DNA of 64,000 bases from Candidatus Bathyarchaeia archaeon (GTDB lineage Archaea; Thermoproteota; Bathyarchaeia; Bathyarchaeales; Bathycorpusculaceae): contig JBMFMB010000006.1 in NCBI GenBank assembly GCA_049970895.1, positions 1 through 64,000 of the forward strand, written 5' to 3'. The translations under genes were made by a program, and so were the position numbers. Shown in pieces: positions 29,577 through 38,608 of this stretch; position 1 is the first letter of the stretch, and each line of letters opens with the position of its first letter. A model generated the notes under the pieces. That model did no database searches. It had not been told where the DNA came from and worked only from the letters and a program-made list of their open reading frames with translations.

Positions 29577-31343
29577 TTAGCGTTGTACGATTTCCGTTAT
29601 TTCTTTCATTGTTTCCTTTTCTTCTTCTGGAAGCTCGCATCCCTCAAGCCATATGGAAGCCAGAACAGCAAAGTCTGGGGGTATAACTTCCCTATCAATT
29701 CTAATGTCTAGAACCGCTGGTTTTCCGGAATCAACAGCCCTCTGCAGTGCTGGTCTTATCTGGGATGGCTCAACAACCCTCTCGCCGTAACAGTTCATTC
29801 CCCGTGCAATCTCGTCATACCTTATGTCTGAAAAATCAACCCCAATATACCTCTTCGAATAGAACATTGTTTGCCCAGCCCTAATCATTCCCCAAGCACA
29901 ATCATTTAAAACCACAAACACTACTGGCAGTTGGAGACGGCTTGCAGTTTCAAGCTCCTGAATGTTTAAGCCGAAGGCTCCATCACCAGTTATGCAATAA
30001 ACCTGCCTATCTGGATAGGCAAGTTTCGCAGCAATAGCGTATGGGATTCCGGCGCCCAAGTGTCCAGAATCGCCACTCACACAACTGATGTAAGTGTTCG
30101 GTTCATAAGCCCTATTTAGGTAGAAGCACCAAACAGCGGTATTTCCTCCATCAACAACTGTTATGGCATTTCTTGGAAAGAACTCCCTAACTTCCCTCAC
30201 AACACGCAATGGATGAATTGGCACAGTATCCAGCCGTGACATTTCCTCAAAGTTTTCAAGCCACATCTTTTCCAGTCGCTTATAATCCTGAAGGAAGGGA
30301 TTCTCTTTTCTAGGAGGCGTATGCCTTTTAACGGCCTCCAGCAAGGCCTTAAGGGTTGGTTTTGCATCGCCCACAATCCCCAAATCAACAGGTCTGTTCA
30401 AACCAATCATGTTGCCTGAAATGTCTATCTGGATAATCTTCTGCTTTGGTGGTTCACCCCACGCTGGCGGTTTCCCCCACATGTCCAGGGCGCCAAGCCT
30501 GCAGCCAACAACGAGAACCACGTCAGCCTCAGCCTGAGCCACTATGGCTCCATTGCCAGGAGCTGCTGGGATAAGGCATAAAGGATGGTCTTCAGGTACG
30601 GCTCCTCTCCCACTCATTGATGTGGTGACTGGGGCTTGCAGGTATTCAGCCAACTCTATAAGCTCCATTGAGGCTCCAGATCTAAGAACCCCGCCGCCAG
30701 CGTGGATTAGAGGTGTTTTTGCTTCCGCAAGCATTTTTGCGGCTTGCTCTATGAGGGCTTGGCTTCCGACGGGTTTTTCCATAGCCCTATAACTTTTTGG
30801 AGGCAAAATTTCTAAATCCGCTTCTTCTCCTGTTTGGAAGAGAACGTCTGAAGGGAGGTCGAGGTGCACTGGACCCGGCTTCTCAGACATAGCCATCCTA
30901 AAAGCCCATTGCGTAAGTTCGGGTATGCGCCTCCAATGGGATACTACGGCGTTCCATTTTGTAACAGCCTTAAAAAGCGAAAGCTGATCTAGCGCTTGTT
31001 GAGAGCCCGGGTCTGGGTATGAACGCCAAGACTGGTTTTGGGCCGTAATCACAATGATTGGTATGCTGTCTGCAAAGGCTGGATAAACGCCCCCGATAAG
31101 GTTTGCAGCTCCTGGGCCGACTGTTCCTATGCAGACTCCGGGTTGTCCAGTTGTCCGTGCCCAGGCATCAGCAGCATGGGCAGCCGCAGCCTCGTTACGC
31201 ATAGTTATAAATTCGATACGTTCATCCTTATAGATGGCATCCAAAAGTGGATAAAGCTGATCTCCCGGAACGCCAAACACATATCGGACGCCCTCTTGCA
31301 CTAGGCAACGTTTCAGAACCTCACCGCCAGTTAAACGAGCCAT
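29577..31343 (-). CDS. Thiamine diphosphate-dependent enzyme (acetolactate synthase-like / lyase family)
   Basis: FGVPG, RNEAAA, GPGAAN, GPVHLDLP and ThDP motif GDGAFG-x-LND; no regulatory subunit or ilv genes nearby. Confidence 0.88.
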   Translation of the reverse strand: MARLTGGEVLKRCLVQEGVRYVFGVPGDQLYPLLDAIYKDERIEFITMRNEAAAAHAADAWARTTGQPGVCIGTVGPGAANLIGGVYPAFADSIPIIVITAQNQSWRSYPDPGSQQALDQLSLFKAVTKWNAVVSHWRRIPELTQWAFRMAMSEKPGPVHLDLPSDVLFQTGEEADLEILPPKSYRAMEKPVGSQALIEQAAKMLAEAKTPLIHAGGGVLRSGASMELIELAEYLQAPVTTSMSGRGAVPEDHPLCLIPAAPGNGAIVAQAEADVVLVVGCRLGALDMWGKPPAWGEPPKQKIIQIDISGNMIGLNRPVDLGIVGDAKPTLKALLEAVKRHTPPRKENPFLQDYKRLEKMWLENFEEMSRLDTVPIHPLRVVREVREFFPRNAITVVDGGNTAVWCFYLNRAYEPNTYISCVSGDSGHLGAGIPYAIAAKLAYPDRQVYCITGDGAFGLNIQELETASRLQLPVVFVVLNDCAWGMIRAGQTMFYSKRYIGVDFSDIRYDEIARGMNCYGERVVEPSQIRPALQRAVDSGKPAVLDIRIDREVIPPDFAVLASIWLEGCELPEEEKETMKEITEIVQR

Positions 31344-31499
31344 AAAGACCCCATAATATTAACGAGTCTCTACCTTATAATTTTCGTCTTCAATTCAAAT
31401 CGTGAAGTTTACATAACCCGTAGATTCGATACGGTGCATTCAGCCCATTTCAATAGGCGCTGTAGACTTCTTTTCATATATTCACTGATAAACATCTGA

Positions 31500-31825
31500 G
31501 CGTCTATACAGCCTCTGGCGCAAAGACCGCTTTCTCTAAACAGGCCAACCCTTTCTTAAAATTCTTAACAAAACCAAGATGATGGAGGCCCTCACCATTT
31601 TCTTTTAGAAATTTTGTATGTTTCCCCCTTCATGAATTAATTCTAGCTGACCTCACCCAATTGGAAAACACGATTTTCAGTTTCACATCATCCTTTTCGA
31701 ACTCTATAGGCGGCAGCAACTCTTGCTTCAAAATTTTCACATAACCTTGCGGCTTTTTCTAAGTCCTCGATGACAACCCCTATCTGATCGATTTTAGAAA
31801 ACATGTTCATTCTATTTTCAGTCAT
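31500..31825 (-). pseudogene. VOC/glyoxalase (methylmalonyl-CoA epimerase-like) pseudogene
   Basis: Fragments KIDQIGVVIEDLEKAA, QLELI and FLKENGEGLHHLGF separated by frameshifts; 3' boundary approximate. Confidence 0.75.
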
Positions 31826-31916
31826 ACGCCAACTGTAAGGATGTTTTAAAATAATCCTGATTAAAAATTACCCCAGATCTAATCCACGCAATGTACCATT
31901 TATGCGCTATGTCCAT

Positions 31917-33107
31917 TTATAGGGTCCTGGTTTCTGTTTCAGCCAATTCTATTTTGATCTCCTTTTTGATGCTGTCTATGAGTTTTTCGACGCTAATAAT
32001 GTTTGCTTCTGGCGGATAAACCCCTGCCTTAACATCTTTTGCTTTTGCAAGTTCTAGGGCGGCAAGAGCCGCTGGTAAGGCTGTTGCTTTGGCTGCGTCT
32101 TTGCATGCTATGCGATATTTGATAATGTGTTCCTTTCTCTCCTTGACGCCTTTAACAACTGTTGCTAAGCCTACGCCTCCTAATGCATAATCACCTAAGC
32201 GCTCGTAAAGAGGTCCGATTGACTTTTCTGTTTCTTCAGGCGGCGTTATTTCAGATAGCGCCAACGTTATGGCAACTGCGATTTCTCTTGCCTTAAACGT
32301 GTGATCTCCTACTTTGATTTCTTTGAGGCTTGTTAACCCAAGTGAAGAGAAAACTTTTGCTACATCGTTTAGATCTGAGGGCCAGACTCCTCCCTTGTTG
32401 CATACATTCTTTACTTTAATATATCTTGGAATCGTAATGGGTTCCGGATGACCTGCATGGGCAACTTCCCAAACGCCTATTGGTTCTGGAAACTCAAAAT
32501 GCTCCGGCTCTGAAAGAGCTTTAATCATCATCCATTCTCCATTTTTATAGGTTGGAATCATGCCTGTTATCGCGTGAAAATAGTGGTCCACGATGGCTGG
32601 CCCCATTGTGGGGTCTATGGCTGTCCAAATCCAATAGGTTCTAATTTCGAAAACTTCGTCGAGCTTTTGCGCTCCATACCAAGCTAGTAGGTTTGTTATT
32701 CCTGGCGTTGCTCCCAACCCAATGATGGCTGTAATCTTTCTCTTTTGCGCTTCTTCATGAAGTTTCAAGGCTTCCTCTGTGGCGTCATAATCATCATTTA
32801 TATCAACAAATTTAACGCCAGCCCTTAATGCAGCTTTCAAAACGGGAACACCAAATCTGTGGAAGGGGCCGAGTGCGCTGACAGCTACATCAAAGCCTTT
32901 TATGGCTTTTACTAAAGAATCTTCTGATGCAGCATCAACATGAAGAGTATCAATGTTGCCACCGATTATTTCCGCTGTTTCCTTAGCCTTCCCAATGTTT
33001 TTGTCGCCTATGGTTATTTCCGCTGTTGGGTCAAGGTGTTGCAGTTCAGAAACTATTACCGAACCAATGTGGCCTGCTCCACCAAGAACAAGTATTTTCG
33101 TTGGCAT
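31917..33107 (-). CDS. Saccharopine dehydrogenase-fold oxidoreductase (paralog 1)
   Basis: LGGAGHIG Rossmann motif, GPF, VDINDD, GLGATPG and HPEP. Confidence 0.85.
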   Translation of the reverse strand: MPTKILVLGGAGHIGSVIVSELQHLDPTAEITIGDKNIGKAKETAEIIGGNIDTLHVDAASEDSLVKAIKGFDVAVSALGPFHRFGVPVLKAALRAGVKFVDINDDYDATEEALKLHEEAQKRKITAIIGLGATPGITNLLAWYGAQKLDEVFEIRTYWIWTAIDPTMGPAIVDHYFHAITGMIPTYKNGEWMMIKALSEPEHFEFPEPIGVWEVAHAGHPEPITIPRYIKVKNVCNKGGVWPSDLNDVAKVFSSLGLTSLKEIKVGDHTFKAREIAVAITLALSEITPPEETEKSIGPLYERLGDYALGGVGLATVVKGVKERKEHIIKYRIACKDAAKATALPAALAALELAKAKDVKAGVYPPEANIISVEKLIDSIKKEIKIELAETETRTL

Positions 33108-33177
33108 GATGAAATTGATTAGGGCAAAGAACTTATAAATTTTTGCTGATTCAAGCTTACCATTACGATGCTCAAGA

Positions 33178-33400
33178 ATGTTTGGATACATGGAAAAATT
33201 CGCAGAATTAATCTATCAACAAACAAGATAACCGAGGAATTTCCAGACCAGAATACTCTTAAGATGTTTCTCGGTGGGAATGAATCGGCAACATTATTAT
33301 ATTTATTTTAAAGAAGTTAAAGAGGGAATTGACCCATTGAATCCAGAAAACAAGTTAATATTCATGACAAGTCCTTTAACTGGAACCCTATCCGAGCAAG
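33178..33400 (+). pseudogene. N-terminal remnant of a second aldehyde:ferredoxin oxidoreductase
   Basis: MFGYM.K / RINLST / FLGG / IDPLNPENKLIFMTSPLTGT across frameshifts, matching the N-terminus of the intact AOR downstream. Confidence 0.75.
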
Positions 33401-33754
33401 GGAGATATGTAGTGGAGCGCCCTGACAGTGAGAGGGTCAAATCCTTTATAGTGTTGAAAAGGAAATATGAGAGCCAAGGTCACAGCCGAATATATAAATC
33501 AATTTATTGTATTGTAGGATAAACTTCCATCTTATGCTGTGCCGACATTTATTTAACTCCAAAAGGATTTGCGCTAACTCACAATTGTGAAATTTTCAAA
33601 AGGAAAACCAAAGAAGAAGAAATATCTAAAATGGAAGAAGCGAAAGACAGCCTGTTAGAAATTGTGAGCGTAATATTTTCTTAAAATACCAAAATCCTTG
33701 AAAATAGGCAAGTATTAAATCTGTTTGCCACAGAATTTTAAAGCCGGTGGTTAA

Positions 33755-35602
33755 ATGTCAGGGGGTTATATGGGGAAAATTCTGAGAGTGAACATGACCA
33801 CTAAAAGCTTGAAGGTTGAGCCAACTTCTAAAGAGGTTGCAAGAAAATACTTAGGCGGTAAAGGTTACGCCACATACCTACTATACAAGTATTTAAAGGA
33901 GTATGAAAAGGCAGGGATTTCGCCAAAAGACATTGACGCATTGGATCCAGAAAACGTCCTAATATTTGCAACAGGCCCGGGGACTGGTGTTCCGGGCTTT
34001 CCGTCGTCTGGCAGATACCATGTGATGGCTTTGAAATCGCCTCTGACCGGCTCTATTGGAAGCGCAAATTCTGGTGGGGAGTTCGGGCCCTTCCTAAAGT
34101 TTTCAGGGTTTGACGCTGTTATAATTGAAGGAGACTCAGAGACTCCGGTGTACTTGGCCATTGTGAATGGCGAAGCCGAGTTAAGGGATGCAAGTAGCCT
34201 ATGGAGCAAAAACGTTTTCGACACTTGCAGAATATTGAGGGATAGGGTTGGCGGCAAAAACACAAGCGTAGCCTGCATCGGGCCTGCTGGGGAAAATTTG
34301 GCGTACATGGCATGCATAGTCAATGACGAGCATAGGGCTGCGGGTAGAACAGGCTTAGGAGCTGTTATGGGCTCGAAAAGGCTTAAGGCGATTGTTGTTT
34401 CCGGAGAGGAAAAGGTTCCGGTTGCCGAACCTAAAAAATTTGCTGAAGTTTCAAGAAGATGCCTAGACGCGATGAAGAATAATGCTGTTACGGGTGTTGG
34501 ACTGCCAACATATGGCACAGCCATCCTCATAAACATAATTAACACTGCTGGCGGGTTGCCTTACAAGAACTGGCAGACAGGCGTGAATCCGGACGCGGAG
34601 AAAATAAGTGGAGAAACTCTTGCAGAAACATATCTGACAAGCCGAAGGGCATGCTGGGGCTGCCCAATTGGATGTGGAAGAGTCACCAGCGTCAAATCTG
34701 GGCCATTCCAAGTTTTAGCGTCAGAAGGTCCCGAATACGAGTCAGTTTGGGCTTTGGGAAGCAGCACAGCCGTAAAAGACTTAGACGCAGTTGTTAAGGC
34801 CAACCACTACTGCGATGAACTTGGACTGGACCCGATAAGCATGGGCTCAACAATAGCAGCAGCTATGGAACTCAATGAGAGGGGATACATTCCACAAGAA
34901 GATTTGCAAGGCTTAGACTTGCGCTTTGGCAACGCTGCAGCGCTTGTGGAAGCGGTTTGGCGAACAGCCTATAAGACCGGATTTGGAAAATATTTGGCTT
35001 TAGGTTCGAAGAAGCTCTGCGAAATTTACGGGCATCCAGAACTCTCTATGAGCGTTAAGGGCCTAGAAATGCCAGCCTACGATCCTAGAGCCATTAAAGG
35101 CATAGGCTTGAACTATGCAACAGCCAACAGAGGAGGCTGCCATGTAACAGGATACACCGTTTCGCCTGAAGTCTTGGGAATACCGGAGAAAATTGACCCG
35201 TTGAAGGCTGAAGGAAAAGCGAAATGGGTTAAAATATTCCAAGACTTCACATGCGTGGTTAACTCAACCGTAAACTGCTTATTCACAACATTCGCCCTAG
35301 GCGCAAAGGATTATGCAGAGCTTTTGTCGGCTGTCACTGGCTGGGAATTAACAGAGGATGAAATCCTAAAAATTGGAGAGCGCATCTATAACCTAGAAAG
35401 GGTTATAATCAACAAGTACGGATTCGATGGAAAAGACGACGCACTGCCAAGACGCTTGCTAGAAGAGCCCATGCCAGAAGGTCCAGCAAAAGGCCAAGTA
35501 ACAGAACTTGAAAAAATGAAGGATGAGTATTACAAGCTTCGCGGCTGGGTTAACGGCGTACCAACAAGGGAGAAGTTGGCTGAGCTTGAAATAGAAATTT
35601 AG
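33755..35602 (+). CDS. aor: Tungsten-dependent aldehyde:ferredoxin oxidoreductase
   Basis: GYMGKILRVN, KSPLTG, GRTGLGAVMGSK, CWGCPIGC, GPEYE, DELGLD and YYKLRGW motifs. Confidence 0.95.
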   Translation: MSGGYMGKILRVNMTTKSLKVEPTSKEVARKYLGGKGYATYLLYKYLKEYEKAGISPKDIDALDPENVLIFATGPGTGVPGFPSSGRYHVMALKSPLTGSIGSANSGGEFGPFLKFSGFDAVIIEGDSETPVYLAIVNGEAELRDASSLWSKNVFDTCRILRDRVGGKNTSVACIGPAGENLAYMACIVNDEHRAAGRTGLGAVMGSKRLKAIVVSGEEKVPVAEPKKFAEVSRRCLDAMKNNAVTGVGLPTYGTAILINIINTAGGLPYKNWQTGVNPDAEKISGETLAETYLTSRRACWGCPIGCGRVTSVKSGPFQVLASEGPEYESVWALGSSTAVKDLDAVVKANHYCDELGLDPISMGSTIAAAMELNERGYIPQEDLQGLDLRFGNAAALVEAVWRTAYKTGFGKYLALGSKKLCEIYGHPELSMSVKGLEMPAYDPRAIKGIGLNYATANRGGCHVTGYTVSPEVLGIPEKIDPLKAEGKAKWVKIFQDFTCVVNSTVNCLFTTFALGAKDYAELLSAVTGWELTEDEILKIGERIYNLERVIINKYGFDGKDDALPRRLLEEPMPEGPAKGQVTELEKMKDEYYKLRGWVNGVPTREKLAELEIEI

Positions 35603-35649
35603 AAAAGCAAAAATCCCCCTTTATTCTCCCTTTATTTTGCCGGAAGCGC

Positions 35650-35937
35650 TTGGCTTTGGTATCCGTAAAAATAATTCTTTTCGCAACCCTGCGAGGCAAA
35701 TACAAAACTAGAGAACTTGCTGTCACCTGTAATGGAACCCTTCAAAACATGATTGAGAATGCGTCTAAAATTTTAGGACCAGAATTTGTTGACGATGTTT
35801 ACGATAAAAAGCGAGGAAAAGTTAGAGACGACATGATTATTATGGTGAATGGGCGAAACATCAAAGACTTAGAAGGAGAGATAACCCTAAAAGACAACGA
35901 TGTAATAGCCATATTTCCACCCTTAGCCGGGGGCTAA
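35650..35937 (+). CDS. MoaD/ThiS ubiquitin-like sulfur carrier
   Basis: FATLR...VNGR...IFPPLAGG with C-terminal GG; adjacent to aor. Confidence 0.92.
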   Translation: MALVSVKIILFATLRGKYKTRELAVTCNGTLQNMIENASKILGPEFVDDVYDKKRGKVRDDMIIMVNGRNIKDLEGEITLKDNDVIAIFPPLAGG

Positions 35938-35949
35938 ATTCTTTAGGAA

Positions 35950-37225
35950 AGCATTCATATAAGTGATAAGTTCCCAGAGGCACTGCAGATAGAAGTTACA
36001 AACAGGTGCAACTTTAACTGTCAAATATGCATTAGGCGTGTTTGGAACGCAAAACCCCTAAACATGGACATAGCCTTATACAAAAATCGCAGAGGAGTGT
36101 TTCCTATTTTTGAAGAGGCTTATGCTCTACGGTTTTGGTGAGTCCTTCATCCACCCAAAATTCTTGAAAAGCTCCGAATAGCCAGAAAACGCCTTCCAGA
36201 CAGTGGAGAAATCCTCATAAGCACAAACGGCTCGCTGATAAATCCGGAAATTGCCAGCAAAATTGTGAAGGAAATAGGCGTGGATTCCGTATCCTTTTCT
36301 ATAGATACTGTTAGCCAAGACAAACTGAACCGTTTAAGAGAAGGCTCTGACTTCAACTTGATAGCCAACAACATTGAAACGTCGGCGAAAAGCAAGGATG
36401 AAGCTAAAAAAGATTCCACGCTAGGTTTGGAAACAGTCATCATGAAAGACAACTTTTCAGATCTTCCAGAACTCGTCAAGTTTGCAGCTGAGAATGATGT
36501 TGATTATATTCTAGCGTCCCATGTTGTGTTATACACGCCTAAAATTTTTGCAAAACCATGTATCTAACTTTGAGCAAAACAACCATTAAAATATTAAAGC
36601 CTTCTTTAAGGCATGACGCTTTATACGCGAATCCGCCATAGAGCTTTTCGGCAAAGCCTACAGCATGAAAATGGAGACAGCCTCAACAGAGCTTATCGAA
36701 GCTTTTGGACCGAAGCTGAAAAGGTTATTGGATTAATCTGCCATTGCTCTTAAGTTCAACAGATAAGCTTGAGGCATTAACCAGTTTATAAGAGGTTTTC
36801 CATGAAAGCGTAAAGATTGCCTATGAATACCAAATCGATTTGAGGCCGCCAAACTTGTACTCCGATGCCAAGGAAAGGAAGTGCCCCTACATGGAAAAAA
36901 GACTTTGGTTGTAAGATGGGGCAGTCTTCCATGCCAAGAATTCATGTACTCCCATCCAGTCTATGTTAACGCCCACAAAAAGACGTTCATGAAGTAATTT
37001 TGGAGATGCAATAAAAGAAGGATTAAAGATGTTTGGCAGAGGAAGCCCACGCCAACTTTAGAGAGGTTAGGCTAGACATAGCTACAAACTTTCCTTGGTG
37101 TGAAGACTGCCATATTCGACTCAGGATGCTTTTACACAAAGGCTAATGAAGTTGACTGTTATGCAAATGCACCAACATGCGACGAATGCCTATACAGCGT
37201 CGGTTTGGCACAATGCAACATCTAA
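35950..37225 (+). pseudogene. Radical SAM/SPASM protein (tungsten-oxidoreductase maturase type), multiply frameshifted
   Basis: IEVTNRCNFNCQIC, YGFGE..HP, STNGSL and Cys-rich C-terminus DCYANAPTCDECLYSVGLAQCNI spread over several frames; follows aor-moaD. Confidence 0.8.
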
Positions 37226-37230
37226 AAGGC

Positions 37231-38541
37231 TTATTCGAGGAGAAGCGAGACCGGCCCAGCCTTCCATGCTTCTATGGCTGCTTTCAGTTCGGGATGCTGC
37301 TCGGCGTATTGCTCCAGCGGAATCTTATTCATTACGGCTTCTATGGCTTGTCTGAAGGCTTTAGCTCCAGCCCTAGGTCCCATGGGATGGGCGTGGATTG
37401 CCCCGCCAGCTCCTATGGCTATGTCTGTGCCCAAATCGCTTATTAGTTGTGGGACATGAAGCTGCGTTATTCCACCTGATGGCATAGGCAACGTGGGCTT
37501 AATGTTGTGCATTGGGAATAGCATGGTTCTGCCAGCTTTCAGGTACTTCTCCCTTAGGAAGAAGGGTTGCTTTCCATAGGGTGCCGGATAAACCAGTATG
37601 TCCGCACCCGCAAGCCTCGGAAGCTTCGCCAAGGTCAAGTGGGATGACATACCCGACTCTGGATCCTCGTAGATGGCTCCAGCGAAGTCCATGTGGCCTA
37701 AAATTGGAACCTTTATGCTTGGATCTTCCGCCAAGGCTTTTAAAACGCCTATTCCAGCCACTAGGTGGTTGACCATTATGGCGTTTGCCCCAAGCTCTAT
37801 GACTTTCTCTGCAAACTCGAAGATTTTGGGCGCGTCCGCAGTCACATTTATCGTATACATTTTCTTTTCCCCAGTTTCTTGGGTGGCCTTGTCAACAACC
37901 TCCATATACTTAACGATTCTGTCTTCGACAGTGTTGAAGGGTGCATTAGCCAAAAGTTCATCATCTTTAACAAAGTCTGCGCCACCCACTAAAGCTTCAT
38001 AGGCGAGTTTTGCGCCCACATCTGGCGGGTAGCCAGTGCACGGCTTAATCATGTTGTTAAGTATTGGTCTTGCCTTTATTTTCAAGTATTCCCTTAAGCC
38101 TTGAACCCCGAATTTGGGGCCTTTAAACATTTCAAGATAGCTTTTTGGAAAGGTTAAATCCACTAATTTTAGCCTTCCAGCCATGGAAATGTTTCCGATA
38201 ACCGTTGTAAGAAGCATTGAAATTTCGTTCATGAAATTTTCGTAGGGGTAGGCTATCTGAACAATATAACGCCTCAATTTCACGTCGGCTGGGATCTCAT
38301 ACTCAAAGTCTGGAACCTCGTTTATGGCGATCACTTTGGCTATGTGCCTTTTCCGCAGCTCAACGGTTTCGCCTGGAACACGAATCCACGTTCCAGTGCT
38401 CTGCTCAACAGCCACAGCCATGGCAATCTTGTCCACGGGCCAGTCTCTTGGAACAGCCGCGTAGTATGTGGCTATAACATATTTTTCCGAGTCTATCCCC
38501 TCTGGCAAAGCTAATGGAAGGGCTTCAATTTCTTCTGACAT
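37231..38541 (-). CDS. RuBisCO-like protein (form IV)
   Basis: EQSTGTW, GN, KPCTG, DFVKDDE, GHMD, YGK, PSGG and GAGGAIHAHP. K177, R295 and H327 equivalents are substituted. Confidence 0.92.
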   Translation of the reverse strand: MSEEIEALPLALPEGIDSEKYVIATYYAAVPRDWPVDKIAMAVAVEQSTGTWIRVPGETVELRKRHIAKVIAINEVPDFEYEIPADVKLRRYIVQIAYPYENFMNEISMLLTTVIGNISMAGRLKLVDLTFPKSYLEMFKGPKFGVQGLREYLKIKARPILNNMIKPCTGYPPDVGAKLAYEALVGGADFVKDDELLANAPFNTVEDRIVKYMEVVDKATQETGEKKMYTINVTADAPKIFEFAEKVIELGANAIMVNHLVAGIGVLKALAEDPSIKVPILGHMDFAGAIYEDPESGMSSHLTLAKLPRLAGADILVYPAPYGKQPFFLREKYLKAGRTMLFPMHNIKPTLPMPSGGITQLHVPQLISDLGTDIAIGAGGAIHAHPMGPRAGAKAFRQAIEAVMNKIPLEQYAEQHPELKAAIEAWKAGPVSLLLE

Positions 38542-38608
38542 GAAACTTCACCAATTTAAATTCTGATAGATGAATTGTTTGCAGTGGTAAATATGTGTAT
38601 GTGTGCTT

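Noticed and set aside
33573-33670. Short matches to E. coli lac operator/CAP-region sequence (possible vector contamination)
   Set aside because: Only 11-mers, in inconsistent relative orientation, with unrelated flanks; compatible with chance.
35950-37225. Programmed frameshifting or Sec/Pyl readthrough in the radical SAM gene
   Set aside because: Many scattered indels and stops; decay is the simpler explanation.
37231-38541. Bona fide form III RuBisCO or CO2 fixation
   Set aside because: K177, R295 and H327 equivalents are substituted, and no AMP phosphorylase, R15P isomerase or PRK genes are nearby.
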